The notes: generated from the letters alone by a model not told the origin. A stretch of DNA of 64,000 nucleotides from Candidatus Zambryskiibacteriota bacterium (GCA_048499675.1 JASNZL010000004.1:28463-92462), one strand, 5' to 3'. Counted from the first letter of the stretch, positions 9,773-21,334 are shown. Translations and numbers: made by a program.

Positions 9773-10273
9773 ATGTTAATGGTAAGACTTCAAAGAGTTG
9801 GAAGAAAGCACGAGCCTGTTTTTAGGCTTGTTTTGACTGACTCAAAAAATAGCCCGAAAAGTGGTAAATTCCTAGAAATTCTAGGTAATTTTGATGCAAG
9901 AAGGGGAGACAAATCAGAATTTAAAGCTGACAGAATAAAGCACTGGATTTCAAACGGTGCACAAGTTTCTGACACAGTTCACAATTTACTGATTGATAAA
10001 AAAATTATAGAAGGTAAAAAAATAAATAAACTACCAAAAAAGCAAGCAATTGTGAAAGAAAAAACTGAGACTGATTCACCTAAAACATCGTCACCTAGCG
10101 AAGAAGCTACAGCTGGAGAAACAGTCGAGTCAAAAGAAGAAAATGTAGATGCTACAGAATCTAAAACAGAAGAAGTTGTAACTACAGATAAATCGGAAGA
10201 AGCAATTACCGAATCAGAAGTATCTGAAGAAAAAACCCCTGTTCTTGAAGGTGAGTCAGAAAAGACAGCTTAA
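9773..10273 (+). CDS. rpsP: 30S ribosomal protein S16 with long acidic C-terminal extension
   Basis: MLMVRLQRVGRKHEPVFRLV...WISNGAQVSDTV. Confidence 0.95.
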   Translation: MLMVRLQRVGRKHEPVFRLVLTDSKNSPKSGKFLEILGNFDARRGDKSEFKADRIKHWISNGAQVSDTVHNLLIDKKIIEGKKINKLPKKQAIVKEKTETDSPKTSSPSEEATAGETVESKEENVDATESKTEEVVTTDKSEEAITESEVSEEKTPVLEGESEKTA

Positions 10274-10398
10274 TTGTTATAACAAAATCATATTAAGCAA
10301 TCCACATCTTTTGCTTTTTATTTGGAATATTATATACTTATTCAATAGGGACTGGCAGAGATATGCCAATTTCCGGATTATTAATTTATTAAACAGAA

Positions 10399-10716
10399 AT
10401 GGAACAAGACGCACAATTTTTAGATTTTGTGGTAAAAGGATTGGTAGACCATCCTGAGGCGGTAAAAATTACAAGAACAGTTGACGAGATGGGAGTACTT
10501 TTAAATCTAGATGTACACCCAGATGATATGGGTAAAATAATCGGTAGAAGTGGTAACACTGCAAAAGCGATAAGAATTTTACTTAGAGTTGTTGGAATGA
10601 AAAACAACGCTAGGGTAAACCTAAAAATCAACGAACCAGAAGGAGGTAGAAGGAGAGAATCTTCTGAGTCACAAATGAAATCAGTTGACGATGTAATGGA
10701 AGATTTGAAACTATAA
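10399..10716 (+). CDS. khpA: KH-domain RNA-binding protein KhpA
   Basis: LVDHPEAV...DMGKIIGRSGNTAKAIR; canonical position after rpsP. Confidence 0.92.
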   Translation: MEQDAQFLDFVVKGLVDHPEAVKITRTVDEMGVLLNLDVHPDDMGKIIGRSGNTAKAIRILLRVVGMKNNARVNLKINEPEGGRRRESSESQMKSVDDVMEDLKL

Positions 10717-10718
10717 AT

Positions 10719-10745
10719 CGAGTTGCGAAGTACGAGATACGTGTA
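10719..10745 (+). repeat. ACGAG-family heptamer arm directly after the khpA stop
   Basis: CGAGTTGCGAAGTACGAGATACGTGTA resembles 55864-55890. Confidence 0.8.
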
Positions 10746-10749
10746 ACAA

Positions 10750-10784
10750 AAAACAAAAAAGTCCTTAGTGGACTTTTTTGTTTT
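10750..10784. terminator. Intrinsic terminator
   Basis: AAAACAAAAAAGTCC / GGACTTTTTTGTTTT. Confidence 0.75.
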
Positions 10785-10832
10785 ATTGTGTTATCTTTAA
10801 TATAAGCTTTAAGCCCTTATCTCTAAGTTTTT

Positions 10833-11480
10833 ATGAATTTTCATATTATTACACTGTTTCCGGAATCATTTGATTCGTATGTAAAATCATCCATTATTGG
10901 ACGAGCCATTTTTGATAAAAAAATAAAAATTAAATATTATAATCCTAGAGATTTTTCAGACAACAAATTTAAACACATTGACCAGAAACCATATAGTGGT
11001 GGTCCCGGAATGGTGATACAAGCGTTACCAGTAATTAAAGCGATTGAGAAGGCTTCTAAAAATAAAACCCCTCTGATTATTTGGCTTAGTCCATCAGGTA
11101 AACAATTTAATACCGAGTATGCCAAAAAAACTGCTAAAAAATATAAAGATATAATAATTATTTGCGGTAGATACGAGGGAATTGACGAGAGAGTAAGAAA
11201 AATATTTAAAACAGAATCCTTGTCAATTGGACCATATGTTTTGACTGGTGGTGAATTGCCAGCAATGGTAATTATGGACTCAATCTCTCGCCAAATAGAA
11301 GGAGTTCTTGGTAATTTCAAATCATTAGAGGAGTCTAGAGTATCGTCCCCAGAAACCTATACTCGTCCAGAGGTTTTGGAATATAAAGGCAAAAAATATA
11401 AAGTACCGAAGGTATTACTATCTGGTAATCATAAAAAAATAGAAGAGTGGCGAGATAAAAAAAGATCTAAAAATAATTAA
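10833..11480 (+). CDS. trmD: tRNA (guanine37-N1)-methyltransferase
   Basis: ITLFPE, GGPGMV, CGRYEGIDERV, SIGPYVLTGGELPAM and YTRP motifs. Confidence 0.97.
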   Translation: MNFHIITLFPESFDSYVKSSIIGRAIFDKKIKIKYYNPRDFSDNKFKHIDQKPYSGGPGMVIQALPVIKAIEKASKNKTPLIIWLSPSGKQFNTEYAKKTAKKYKDIIIICGRYEGIDERVRKIFKTESLSIGPYVLTGGELPAMVIMDSISRQIEGVLGNFKSLEESRVSSPETYTRPEVLEYKGKKYKVPKVLLSGNHKKIEEWRDKKRSKNN

Positions 11481-11504
11481 TTCTATCTGTCTAATATTAT
11501 AAAC

Positions 11505-11540
11505 AACCCAGCCCTAATTCGTTTGAATTAGGGCTGGGTT
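11505..11540. terminator. Strong hairpin after trmD
   Basis: AACCCAGCCCTAATTC / GAATTAGGGCTGGGTT 16-bp perfect stem. Confidence 0.75.
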
Positions 11541-11817
11541 TCTCAACATATGGCGCAAAAAATACGCGTAATTTCCGCGCATAAACGTTAAGCCAAAAGA
11601 GAAATGCATTGTTTCTTTATACAAGAAAGCGGTGGACTTCTCTCTTGGTTTATAAATAACTAGTCCTTGAATATATTAACACAAGAAAATTAATATAAAA
11701 GTGCAAAACTACTTAAACAAAAGATTTAGATAGTTTTCAAGTCTCTACATCCAAAGATATATACAGATAATCCACCATATAGAGTGTAATAAATAATTAA
11801 TTGTTTATAATATAAAT

Positions 11818-12234
11818 ATGCAATGGATAATATATGCAATCGCTTCGGCAGTTTTTGCTTCTCTGGTAGCAATATTTGGCAAAATTGGGCTAAAGGAGAT
11901 TGATTCAACACTTGCAACAACAGTGAGAGCTGTAGTGATGGCGCTATTTTTAGTTATAGTTGCCTTTTCATTAAACAAATTTGAAGCTATTGAAACAATT
12001 ACCGGCAAACCACTACTATTCATAATTTTATCTGGAGTTGCGGGCGCACTATCTTGGTTATTTTACTTTTTTGCTATCAAAACGGGCCCGGTTTCTGGAG
12101 TAGTTGCGATAGACAGGACTTCAGTAGTATTTGCCATAGTTCTTGCAGCGCTTTTTTTGGGAGAAACTTTGACAGTAAAAACGGTTCTGGGTGGCTTGCT
12201 TATTCTTGGTGGAGCTTTACTTGTAGCTTTGTAA
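11818..12234 (+). CDS. EamA/DMT family single-domain transporter
   Basis: FASLVAIFGKIG, SGVAGALSWLFYF and LFLGE motifs; about 5 TM segments. Confidence 0.88.
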   Translation: MQWIIYAIASAVFASLVAIFGKIGLKEIDSTLATTVRAVVMALFLVIVAFSLNKFEAIETITGKPLLFIILSGVAGALSWLFYFFAIKTGPVSGVVAIDRTSVVFAIVLAALFLGETLTVKTVLGGLLILGGALLVAL

Positions 12235-12259
12235 AAAATTATTAGTTTAATTTATCAAA

Positions 12260-12717
12260 ATGGAGGGATTTAATAATGAACCACAACTAAGTAAGCTTGA
12301 ACAAGCAGAAAAAGCAATCTTTGATTATTTTGGAAACTTGCCAAATCTAGCAATAGAGCGAGTTATAGATAGTCCAAATTATAACAGTTTAAGCGAAAGA
12401 GTTGATTTTTAATTTTTATAATGAAAAATCCAATTAAAAACGAGCTTGACTTCCTTATAGCTCAAACTCAAAACGAAACGGACATAGCAAAGGAAATCGT
12501 GGAGAGCATAAGGAAGAAAAAAGATTACCACGAAGAAAAACTAGCATTAAAGATGCTTGAATTTTATAAGTGCGAGGAGAAACTCATATCCCTTTATGCA
12601 GAAGCAAAAAACACTTATCCTTTACTTGCTGAACTGATGGAAAACAAAAGACCATACCTTAAGGAAATGCTAGAAGAAGCAAAGAGGTTGTATGAGAAGA
12701 ATATTTTAGGAAAATAA
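12260..12717 (+). pseudogene. Hypothetical protein split by a 1-nt frameshift (12260-12412 plus 12421-12717)
   Basis: MEGFNNEP...RVDF* would join MKNPIK... in frame if one T is added to the T-run at 12406-12410; real frameshift or sequencing error. Confidence 0.55.
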
Positions 12718-12826
12718 TTTTCAATTCATAATTTTGTAATTTTTTAATGAATTTTCATTGTATTAATTTTAAAATTACAAATTTATTCATTATTTAAAAA
12801 TTTTAAATTAAAAATTAAAAATTTTT
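12718..12826. repeat. AATTTT/AAAATT-family intergenic inverted repeat with no gene inside
   Basis: AATTTTCAATTCATAATTTTGTAATTTTTTAATGAAT ... ATTCATTATTTAAAAATTTTAAATTAAAAATTAAAAATT; same family as the arms around 57203-57577. Confidence 0.7.
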
Positions 12827-13906
12827 ATGCACATAAATACCGATTTATTAGAAAAACATTTAAACAACATCCGAGAGCTACAGGCACCAACTGGTCTTTT
12901 TCTTGCCTCTCGCAGTGACGTTAGTACGGGATACAACAAAGCGTGGCTTCGGGATAATTTCTACACCTGTCTGGCTTTTGAGGAAATTAATGATATTGAA
13001 ACTGTAAAAAAAACATGGAAAGCAATACTGCAAATTTTTACAAAGCATAAAGATAAATTGAAGTGGGCTTCTGCAAACAAACCGTACGAAACTTTTCAAT
13101 ACATACATGCTCGCTACAATCCAGAAACATTTGAGGAATTTTGGGAAGAATGGGGGAATAAGCAAAATGATGCAGTTGGAGCCATTCTATTTAAGATTGG
13201 AGGTTTGGAGAAAAAGGATATAAAAATAATAGAGACCGAGGAAGAAAAAGAAGTAGTACAAGAACTAATTAATTATCTTGGATCTATAGAGTATTGGCAT
13301 GATCCAGATAATGGAGTATGGGAAGAATATGAGGAGGTTCATGCTTCTTCTGTTGGGGCTTGTATTGCCGGTCTCCGCACCATATCTAAACTTGGTATTT
13401 TTGATGTTCCCCTTGAGTGGATAGAAAAAGGAGAAGAATCATTAGAACAACTTTTACCAAGAGAATCCAGAACAAAATTCGTTGATTTGGCGCAACTTTC
13501 TCTTATTTATCCATTTAATGTAGTACCAGAAAAAATGGCGCGAGAAATAGTAAGACACTTAGAATACCACCTCGAAAAAGATAGGGGAGTAATAAGATAC
13601 AAAAACGACAGGTATTACAACAAGAATGCTGATGGATATAGTGAAGAGGCGGAATGGTGTTTTGGTTTTCCTTGGCTTTCTATTATTTATGATTACTGGG
13701 CAAATGATAAATTAAAGTTTGGCAATATTACTGATGAAGATGACGCTCGAAAAGCAAAAGAATATTTAGAGAAAAGTGTGAGAACGATACACAATGATAA
13801 AATTCCTGAACTCTATTACTCAGATTCAGAAGTACCAAATGATAATACTCCGCTAGGTTGGGCTGAGTCACTTTTTGTAGTAGCTCTATTAAAATCAGGA
13901 TTGTAA
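12827..13906 (+). CDS. Glycoside hydrolase family 15 (glucoamylase-like)
   Basis: YNKAWLRD, QNDAVG, DNGVWEE, GVIRY and PLGWAES motifs. Confidence 0.85.
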   Translation: MHINTDLLEKHLNNIRELQAPTGLFLASRSDVSTGYNKAWLRDNFYTCLAFEEINDIETVKKTWKAILQIFTKHKDKLKWASANKPYETFQYIHARYNPETFEEFWEEWGNKQNDAVGAILFKIGGLEKKDIKIIETEEEKEVVQELINYLGSIEYWHDPDNGVWEEYEEVHASSVGACIAGLRTISKLGIFDVPLEWIEKGEESLEQLLPRESRTKFVDLAQLSLIYPFNVVPEKMAREIVRHLEYHLEKDRGVIRYKNDRYYNKNADGYSEEAEWCFGFPWLSIIYDYWANDKLKFGNITDEDDARKAKEYLEKSVRTIHNDKIPELYYSDSEVPNDNTPLGWAESLFVVALLKSGL

Positions 13907-13991
13907 ATGTAAAGAATTTTCACTCTCCTTGTAAGAGTTTTAGTTTTGTAATTTTATATATATAAAAGTTAAATAAAAATTCACTATAGGT

Positions 13992-14075
13992 TTATCCACA
14001 CCATAGTAAATTTTGGAATTATTGTGCATTTATCCACAAAGGGAGACGTCAAAATCTACTCAAGGGTTATCCACA
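13992..14075 (+). promoter_or_regulatory. Three perfect DnaA boxes (TTATCCACA)
   Basis: At 13992, 14030 and 14067, same orientation, 37-38 bp apart, upstream of the rpoB promoter region. Confidence 0.75.
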
Positions 14076-14360
14076 ATAGATATTGACAATCCTTGACTTA
14101 TTTATCTATTTGTATATACTATAATTTAACTATTGAAGGATGAGTTGTGGCTTGTCAATGGTGGGTGTTGATAACCCGAAAAATGCCTTATTTTTCCGTC
14201 TAATTTAGCGGACTACCATAAGGTAATTACAAGCGAATTCTCTTAATTTTGATTCAACAATCAATATCAGTATAAATATGTAAATACAATGTTCCCCAAT
14301 TAATTGGGGTCAGTTTTGTTTGTGTAATTTTTAATAAATTGAATATTAATAAAATAAAAT

Positions 14361-17300
14361 ATGAGTAACACCAGAACAAAAGATAACCTGACAACCAAGA
14401 CACTGTTTCCCAAAAAATATTTTGGACACTTCAGGGAACCTCTAGCCCCTATGCCGAATCTTGTAGAAGATCAACTAAAATCTTTTAGTTGGCTGATCGA
14501 AAAGGGGATAAAGGAAGTTATGGATGAGTTTGCTGTGATAAACGACTTCACTGGTAAAAAATTTAAATTTGAATTTTTAGGTTTTGAACTTGAAAAACCT
14601 AAATACGATGAATACTATGCAAAAGACAAAAAGTTATCCTATGAAGCGCCACTCAAAGTAAGAGTAAAACTGACAAACAAAACTCTGAATATAGAGAAAG
14701 AACAAGAGTTGTATATCGCAGAATTTCCTATGATGACACCTCATGGCACATTTATAGTAAGCGGTATTGAGAGGGTGATTGTTCCGCAGTTGGCGCGCTC
14801 TTTTGGTGTTTTCTTTACAAATACAGAAATCAAAGGCAAATCTCTATTCGGGGCAAAAATAATACCTTCTAGAGGCGCATGGATTGAAATAGAGACAGAT
14901 GCTGATAAAACTATATATGTAAGAATTGATAGAAAAAGAAAATTTCCGGTTACATCTCTCTTAAGAGCATTTGGAGCTGAAACAGATTCAGAAATATTTG
15001 AACTATTCAAAGATAATCCAGATGCAAAAGAATATATAGAGAAGTCTCTCGCTAAGGATCACGCAAAAACAGCAGATGATTCCTTTGTAGAAATATACAG
15101 AAGACTTCGAGACGGTGACTTGGCAACAGCTGAAAATGCTAGAGAGTTTTTCAAAAACCTTTTTGAAGCAGAAAGATACGACTTACAAAAAGTTGGTAGA
15201 TTTAGATTTAACTCAAGATTTGGTTTACCTATAACAGGAAAAGAAGTAGAGCGAAAGACTCTAAACCTAAATGACATAAAACTTGTTGTTAACCAAATAA
15301 TAAACCTAAACATCACTCCAGGATCTATGGAAGATGACATAGATCACCTTGGAAGCAGAAGAGTGAGATATGTAGGTGAAATGTTACAGCAAAAGTTTAG
15401 AATGGGTATGGCTCAAATCAAGAGAAACATGCAAAACAGAATGTCTACTGTAGATACAGACATTACTCTTCCAGTTCAATTTTTAATGCCAAAACCACTA
15501 CAAGCAAGACTGAAAGAATTCTTCACAACAAACCAACTTTCTCAATTCATGAGTCAGGAAAACGCATTGTCCGAAATTGAGCACTTAAGACTGCTTTCTG
15601 CATTGGGTCCCGGTGGACTAAACAGAAGCCGTGCCGGATTTGAAGTTAGAGATGTGCATCATTCTCACTACGGCAGACTATGTCCAATCCACACTCCAGA
15701 AGGTCCAAACATTGGTCTTATTTTGCACTTGTCATTATATGCAAGAATAAATGAGTTTGGAATGATTGAGACTCCTTATGCAAAAGTTAAAAATGGAGTC
15801 GTAACAAAAGAAATAGAATATTTAAATGCTTTAGAAGAAGAGCGATTTGTTATTGCTCACGCTGCAGTTCCTAGAGATGATAGTGGTAAAATCACACCAG
15901 CAATGGTTGAAGCGAGAGTAAATGGTGAACCTGGATTGGTTGAAAAAAATAAAGTTGATTATATAGATGTTGCCACAAACCAAGCTTTCTCAATTGCAAC
16001 TTCTATGATTCCTTTCTTAAACCATGACGACGCAAACAGAGCACTCATGGGATCAAACATGCAGAAACAAGCAACCCCTTGTGTAGAACCAGAAGCACCT
16101 TTGGTTGCTACTGGAATAGAAAGTTTTGCAATGAGAGACACAGGTAGACTCATTATCGCAGAAAAAGACGGCGAGGTTACAAAAGTTGACGGTTCTACTA
16201 TAGAAACAACTGATTCAAAAGGTGAAAAAACTACTTATAAACTAATAAGTTTCTCAAAAACAAACAATTCGACATGTTTCCACCAGAGACCTATTGTAAA
16301 TATAAACCAAAAAGTAAAGAAAGGTGATGTGCTTGCAGACACACTAACAAGTGAACAAGGTGAGATGGCCTTGGGACAAAATATGCTTGTTGCATTCTTG
16401 TCATGGTCTGGAGCAAACTACGAAGACGCGATAATTATTTCAGAAAGAGTCATAAAAGAAAATAAATTTACTACAGTTCACATAGATGAAGTTGTTGTAA
16501 GTGTAAGAGATACAAAACTTGGACCAGAAGTCACAACTTGCGACATTCCAAACGTAGGTGAAGCAAAATTAAAAAACCTAGCAGAAGATGGAATAATAAG
16601 AATTGGAGCAGAAGTTCATCCTGGAGATATTTTAGTTGGTAAAATCACACCTAAAGGCGAGAGTCAACTTACCCCAGAAGAAAGATTACTTAGATCTCTT
16701 TTTGGAGAAAAAGCTAGAGACGTAAAAGATACTTCAAAGAGAGTTGAGGGTGGTAAAAAAGGAAGGATTATAAATGTCCAAGTTTTCTCAAGAGAAAATG
16801 GCGATAAACTTGAATCTGGAATTATAAAAAGAATCCACATTGAAATCGCTCAATTAAGAAACGTTTCAGTTGGAGACAAGTTGGCCGGAAGACACGGTAA
16901 CAAAGGAGTTATATCAAGAATTCTACCAGTTGAAGATATGCCATATTCTAAAGATGGAACTCCTGTGGATGTTATCTTAACACCACTTGGTGTGCCTTCA
17001 AGAATGAACCTGGGCCAGATTTTGGAATTACACTTGGGACTTGCCGCAAAGACATTGGGCTACCAAGCAATCGTCCCACCATTTGCTGGAGCAACAACAA
17101 AAGAAATTGAGGAAGAATTAAAAAAAGCGGGGCAAAACGAGAACGGAAAAATACAACTATTTGATGGAAGAACAGGTGAAGCGTTTATGCAAGAAACTGC
17201 TGTTGGTTATATGTATATCCTCAAACTTAACCATATGGTTGAAGATAAAATTCACATGCGATCAATCGGACCATATTCTCTCATCACTCAACAGCCACTT

Positions 17301-17588
17301 GGAGGAAAAGCCCAAGGAGGAGGTCAACGATTTGGAGAGATGGAAGTCTGGGCACTTTTGGGACATGGGGCATCACACACACTCCGAGAAATGTTAACGA
17401 TCAAATCAGATGACATATTGGGCAGAAGTGCAGCATTTGATGCAATAGTGAAGGGAGAAAGAATAAAAATAGATAACATCCCTGCCGCCTTTAATGTTTT
17501 GATTAGCAACCTAAGAGGATTATCGCTAAATGTTGAACTTGAAAACAAAAATGGTCAAAAATTAGAAGCAAACGAGAAAATTAATTAA
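14361..17588 (+). CDS. rpoB: RNA polymerase beta subunit
   Basis: DDIDHLGSRR, TPEGPNIGL, ALMGSNMQKQA, GDKLAGRHGNKG and GGQRFGEME. Confidence 0.99.
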   Translation: MSNTRTKDNLTTKTLFPKKYFGHFREPLAPMPNLVEDQLKSFSWLIEKGIKEVMDEFAVINDFTGKKFKFEFLGFELEKPKYDEYYAKDKKLSYEAPLKVRVKLTNKTLNIEKEQELYIAEFPMMTPHGTFIVSGIERVIVPQLARSFGVFFTNTEIKGKSLFGAKIIPSRGAWIEIETDADKTIYVRIDRKRKFPVTSLLRAFGAETDSEIFELFKDNPDAKEYIEKSLAKDHAKTADDSFVEIYRRLRDGDLATAENAREFFKNLFEAERYDLQKVGRFRFNSRFGLPITGKEVERKTLNLNDIKLVVNQIINLNITPGSMEDDIDHLGSRRVRYVGEMLQQKFRMGMAQIKRNMQNRMSTVDTDITLPVQFLMPKPLQARLKEFFTTNQLSQFMSQENALSEIEHLRLLSALGPGGLNRSRAGFEVRDVHHSHYGRLCPIHTPEGPNIGLILHLSLYARINEFGMIETPYAKVKNGVVTKEIEYLNALEEERFVIAHAAVPRDDSGKITPAMVEARVNGEPGLVEKNKVDYIDVATNQAFSIATSMIPFLNHDDANRALMGSNMQKQATPCVEPEAPLVATGIESFAMRDTGRLIIAEKDGEVTKVDGSTIETTDSKGEKTTYKLISFSKTNNSTCFHQRPIVNINQKVKKGDVLADTLTSEQGEMALGQNMLVAFLSWSGANYEDAIIISERVIKENKFTTVHIDEVVVSVRDTKLGPEVTTCDIPNVGEAKLKNLAEDGIIRIGAEVHPGDILVGKITPKGESQLTPEERLLRSLFGEKARDVKDTSKRVEGGKKGRIINVQVFSRENGDKLESGIIKRIHIEIAQLRNVSVGDKLAGRHGNKGVISRILPVEDMPYSKDGTPVDVILTPLGVPSRMNLGQILELHLGLAAKTLGYQAIVPPFAGATTKEIEEELKKAGQNENGKIQLFDGRTGEAFMQETAVGYMYILKLNHMVEDKIHMRSIGPYSLITQQPLGGKAQGGGQRFGEMEVWALLGHGASHTLREMLTIKSDDILGRSAAFDAIVKGERIKIDNIPAAFNVLISNLRGLSLNVELENKNGQKLEANEKIN

Positions 17589-17594
17589 AAAAAT

Positions 17595-20500
17595 ATGCAA
17601 AATAGAATTCAAAACATAAATGATTTCGACATAATGAAGCTCTCGTTAGCTTCTCCTGAAGCAATAAAAAATTGGTCTTTTGGCGAAATTACAAAACCAG
17701 AAACAATAAACTACAGAACACAAAGAAGTGAAAGAAACGGTCTATTTGATGAAAAAATATTTGGTCCAGACAAAGATTATGAGTGCTACTGTGGTAAATA
17801 CAAAGGCATAAGATATAAAGGAATTGTCTGTGAAAAATGCGGAGTAGAAATCACTAGATCAATTGTGAGGAGAGAAAGAATGGGTCACATCGATTTGGCG
17901 GCACCCGTGTCACACATCTGGTTTCTAAAGAGTATGCCATCAAGAATAGCTCTTTTGCTTGGTACAACCACTTCTGAGGTTGAAAAGGTAATATACTTTG
18001 CTGGATACATAATCACAAAAGTTTCAAACGAAGAGAAACAAACTATCCTAAAAGAACTAGACATTGAGTTCAAATCAAAAATAAAACTTTTAACTGATGA
18101 AAAACATAAGGAAGCCCTAAAAGAAAAATTAGTCGAAACAAAAAGAGAAATTGACGGTATAGTAGAAGGAAGAGTTATAGATGAGGTTGTTTATCATAAC
18201 TACTCAGTTAAATATGGTACTTTGTTTGAGGCAGAAATTGGAGCTGAAGCTATTTACAATATATTCAAGACAATTGACCTAAACAAACTTGAAGCAAACA
18301 TAAAAGCAGAACTTGAAAAATCAAAATCTGCAGACACAACAAAAATAGCAAAGAGACTTTCTGTTGTTCAAGCAATGATTAGATCAAACACTAGACCAGA
18401 GTGGATGTTTTTGACTAAGATTCCAGTTATTCCTCCAGCAATGAGACCAATGGTTCCACTAGACGGAGGAAGATACGCAACAAGCGATGTAAACGATCTT
18501 TATAGAAGAGTTATAAACAGAAATAACCGATTGAAAAAACTAAAAGAGATAAGCGCTCCAGATGTAATCCTCAGAAACGAAAAAAGAATTCTACAAGAAG
18601 CCGTAGACGCACTCATAGATAACTCAATCAGACACAGTAGTAACCAGCAACAAAATAGTCAAGCAAACAAAGCTAGAGACTTGAAATCCCTTGCTGATAA
18701 CCTAAAAGGTAAGCGAGGACTATTTAGACAAAACCTACTCGGAAAAAGAGTTGATTACTCTAGTAGGTCTGTTATTGTTGTTGGACCTAGTTTGAAACTA
18801 CACCAATGCGGTTTACCAAAACATATGGCACTTGAATTGTTTAAACCTTTTGTTGTATCAGAACTTTTGAAACAGGAACTTGCTTACAACGTAAGAGGAG
18901 CTAGCAGATTAATTGAAGACAAAATACCAGAAGTTTGGGCGATTCTTGAGGATATAATTAAGAAAAAATATGTATTACTAAACCGAGCACCAACTTTGCA
19001 CAGATTGGGCATACAAGCTTTTAAACCTATACTTATTGAAGGAAACGCTATTCAAGTACATCCCCTAGTTTGTAATGCGTTTAACGCTGACTTTGATGGT
19101 GACCAGATGGCTGTTCACGTACCACTTTCACCGGAGGCGCAACTTGAAGCTGAGATGATAATGTCATCTGACAAAAACATCTTAAAACCAGGTAGTGGTG
19201 ATTCTACAATATCTAACAAACCACTAGACATAATTCTTGGATGTTACTGGATGACCAAGGATGTATCAGGAGAAAAAGGTGAGGGCATGATATTTGAAAG
19301 TCCAAACAGTGCAATTACTGCACATGATTTTGACATTGTAGATTTCAGAGCAAAAATAAAGGTTTTGGGTACCGATTCTCCAAAATACGCAAAATTTGAA
19401 GGGCAAGTTTTTGAAACATCAGTAGGAAGATTATTGTTCAACTCAGTATTACCAAACGACTATCCATTTATTAACGGAGAAATAAACAAGAAAAAACTCT
19501 CTTCTATTATCGACGAATTAATCCAGCTCTATGGAATTGAATCAATTCCACCAATAATGGATAAAATTAAAGACTTCGGCTTCAAATACGCAACAGTATC
19601 AGGAACAACTTGGAGCATTGGCGATATTAACGTGCCAGAAAACAAAAAAGAAATCATTGAAGAAGCTAAAGAAAAAGTTTCTCTGATTCAGGAACAATAT
19701 GAATCAGGACTTCTATCACATAATGAGAAAAGAGCAAAAAATATAGAGAGATGGACACTTGTGAAAGATGAAATTCAAAAATCACTCCAAGATTCTATGG
19801 ACAAAAAAGGTTCGGTCTTTGATCTTGTAAAATCAGAAGCTAGAGGTTCAATGGGTCAGCTAACTCAAATGGCCGGAATGAAAGGTCTTATTGTTAACAC
19901 AGCAGGAGAAACTATTGATTTCCCAATTACTTCTTCATATAAAGAAGGGTTAAATCCGATTGAATACTTCATTACCACTCACGGCGCCAGAAAAGGTTTG
20001 TCAGATACAGCTCTTAATACAGCAAAAGCTGGTTACCTAACTAGAAAACTTTTTGATGTGGCACAAGATTGTATTATCCCCGAGGAAGATTGTGGTAGCA
20101 AGGAAGGTATATTACTAAGCAATGTTACATCTTCGGGTATCGAAGTTTCTATTGCTAAAATTTCAAAAGGAAGATTTCTTGCAGAAGATCTAAAAGATGA
20201 GCAGGGGAACGTACTCTTTAAGAGGAATCATTTTATCACTAGAGATGACGCGACTAAAATCGAGGAGAGTGGTATCAAGAGTTTAGTTGTCAGATCTCCT
20301 CTTACATGTAAAACCAACAATGGAGTTTGTGTACACTGTTATGGTTCAGACTTAGGAAAAAATAAAATCATCGAAGTTGGAGAAGCGGTGGGTACAGTTG
20401 CCGCCCAAGCCATTGGTGAACCGGGAACTCAGCTTACAATGAGAACCTTCCATGCCGGAGGAACAGCTTCAGTTGGCGGAGACATTACACAAGGTCTTCC

Positions 20501-21251
20501 GAGAGTTGAAGAAGTTTTTGAAAATAGATCACCAAAGAACCCAGCAGTAGTAGCTAGAGTCGACGGAATGGTAAGTGAGATAAAAATGGAAGGTAAAGAA
20601 AAAATAATAATCTTATTACCTGAACATGAGAATAAATCAAAAAATAATTCTGATACAGAATACAGTGTAAATTACAATCGTGTTGTCTTAGTTAAGAAAG
20701 GAGATAATGTTAAAAAAGGAGATATATTAACTGACGGTTCAGTAAATCTTGATGAATTGTTCAAATACGGTGGAAAAGAAAAAACACAGAATTATATAAT
20801 TCATGAAATTACCAAAATTTACGAGCTTCAAGGTGAACCTGTTTCTAGAAAACACATTGAAGTTATAATTAAACAAATGTTCTCTAGAATTAAAATACTT
20901 TCTCCAGGTGATACCAAATTCTCACAAGGAGACATAGTTCCATTAGCAGATATTATAGAAGAAAACGAAATAATGAAAGCAGAAGGAAAAGAAGAAGCAA
21001 AATCAGAGCCTCTACTTCTTGGAATTACAGAAGTGTCACTTTCAAGAACAAGCTTCCTGTCATCTGCTTCATTCCAACACACTACAAGAATGTTGATTCA
21101 AAACGCCCTACGAGGAACCGAAGATAATCTAAAAGGTCTAAAAGAAAATGTTATTATCGGTAGATTAATCCCAGCAGGATCTAACTTCAAAGGAAGTGGC
21201 AAGTATGAAATGCTGAACAAATTAAAAGAAGAGTTAGATAGAGCAAATTAA
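17595..21251 (+). CDS. rpoC: RNA polymerase beta' subunit
   Basis: Zinc-binding cysteines, NADFDGDQM catalytic motif and [13 protein letters not shown]. Confidence 0.99.
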   Translation: MQNRIQNINDFDIMKLSLASPEAIKNWSFGEITKPETINYRTQRSERNGLFDEKIFGPDKDYECYCGKYKGIRYKGIVCEKCGVEITRSIVRRERMGHIDLAAPVSHIWFLKSMPSRIALLLGTTTSEVEKVIYFAGYIITKVSNEEKQTILKELDIEFKSKIKLLTDEKHKEALKEKLVETKREIDGIVEGRVIDEVVYHNYSVKYGTLFEAEIGAEAIYNIFKTIDLNKLEANIKAELEKSKSADTTKIAKRLSVVQAMIRSNTRPEWMFLTKIPVIPPAMRPMVPLDGGRYATSDVNDLYRRVINRNNRLKKLKEISAPDVILRNEKRILQEAVDALIDNSIRHSSNQQQNSQANKARDLKSLADNLKGKRGLFRQNLLGKRVDYSSRSVIVVGPSLKLHQCGLPKHMALELFKPFVVSELLKQELAYNVRGASRLIEDKIPEVWAILEDIIKKKYVLLNRAPTLHRLGIQAFKPILIEGNAIQVHPLVCNAFNADFDGDQMAVHVPLSPEAQLEAEMIMSSDKNILKPGSGDSTISNKPLDIILGCYWMTKDVSGEKGEGMIFESPNSAITAHDFDIVDFRAKIKVLGTDSPKYAKFEGQVFETSVGRLLFNSVLPNDYPFINGEINKKKLSSIIDELIQLYGIESIPPIMDKIKDFGFKYATVSGTTWSIGDINVPENKKEIIEEAKEKVSLIQEQYESGLLSHNEKRAKNIERWTLVKDEIQKSLQDSMDKKGSVFDLVKSEARGSMGQLTQMAGMKGLIVNTAGETIDFPITSSYKEGLNPIEYFITTHGARKGLSDTALNTAKAGYLTRKLFDVAQDCIIPEEDCGSKEGILLSNVTSSGIEVSIAKISKGRFLAEDLKDEQGNVLFKRNHFITRDDATKIEESGIKSLVVRSPLTCKTNNGVCVHCYGSDLGKNKIIEVGEAVGTVAAQAIGEPGTQLTMRTFHAGGTASVGGDITQGLPRVEEVFENRSPKNPAVVARVDGMVSEIKMEGKEKIIILLPEHENKSKNNSDTEYSVNYNRVVLVKKGDNVKKGDILTDGSVNLDELFKYGGKEKTQNYIIHEITKIYELQGEPVSRKHIEVIIKQMFSRIKILSPGDTKFSQGDIVPLADIIEENEIMKAEGKEEAKSEPLLLGITEVSLSRTSFLSSASFQHTTRMLIQNALRGTEDNLKGLKENVIIGRLIPAGSNFKGSGKYEMLNKLKEELDRAN

Positions 21252-21334
21252 AAGATTTGGAATTACACCTTTACTGACGGAAGTCCTGCTCTAAAACTTA
21301 GCCCCTTGTTTTAATTTTAATCTCCTAACCATAT

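Noticed and set aside
11526-11690. Possible 31-aa minus-strand ORF or sRNA after trmD
   Set aside because: No SD or recognisable fold; the ORF runs into the terminator stem
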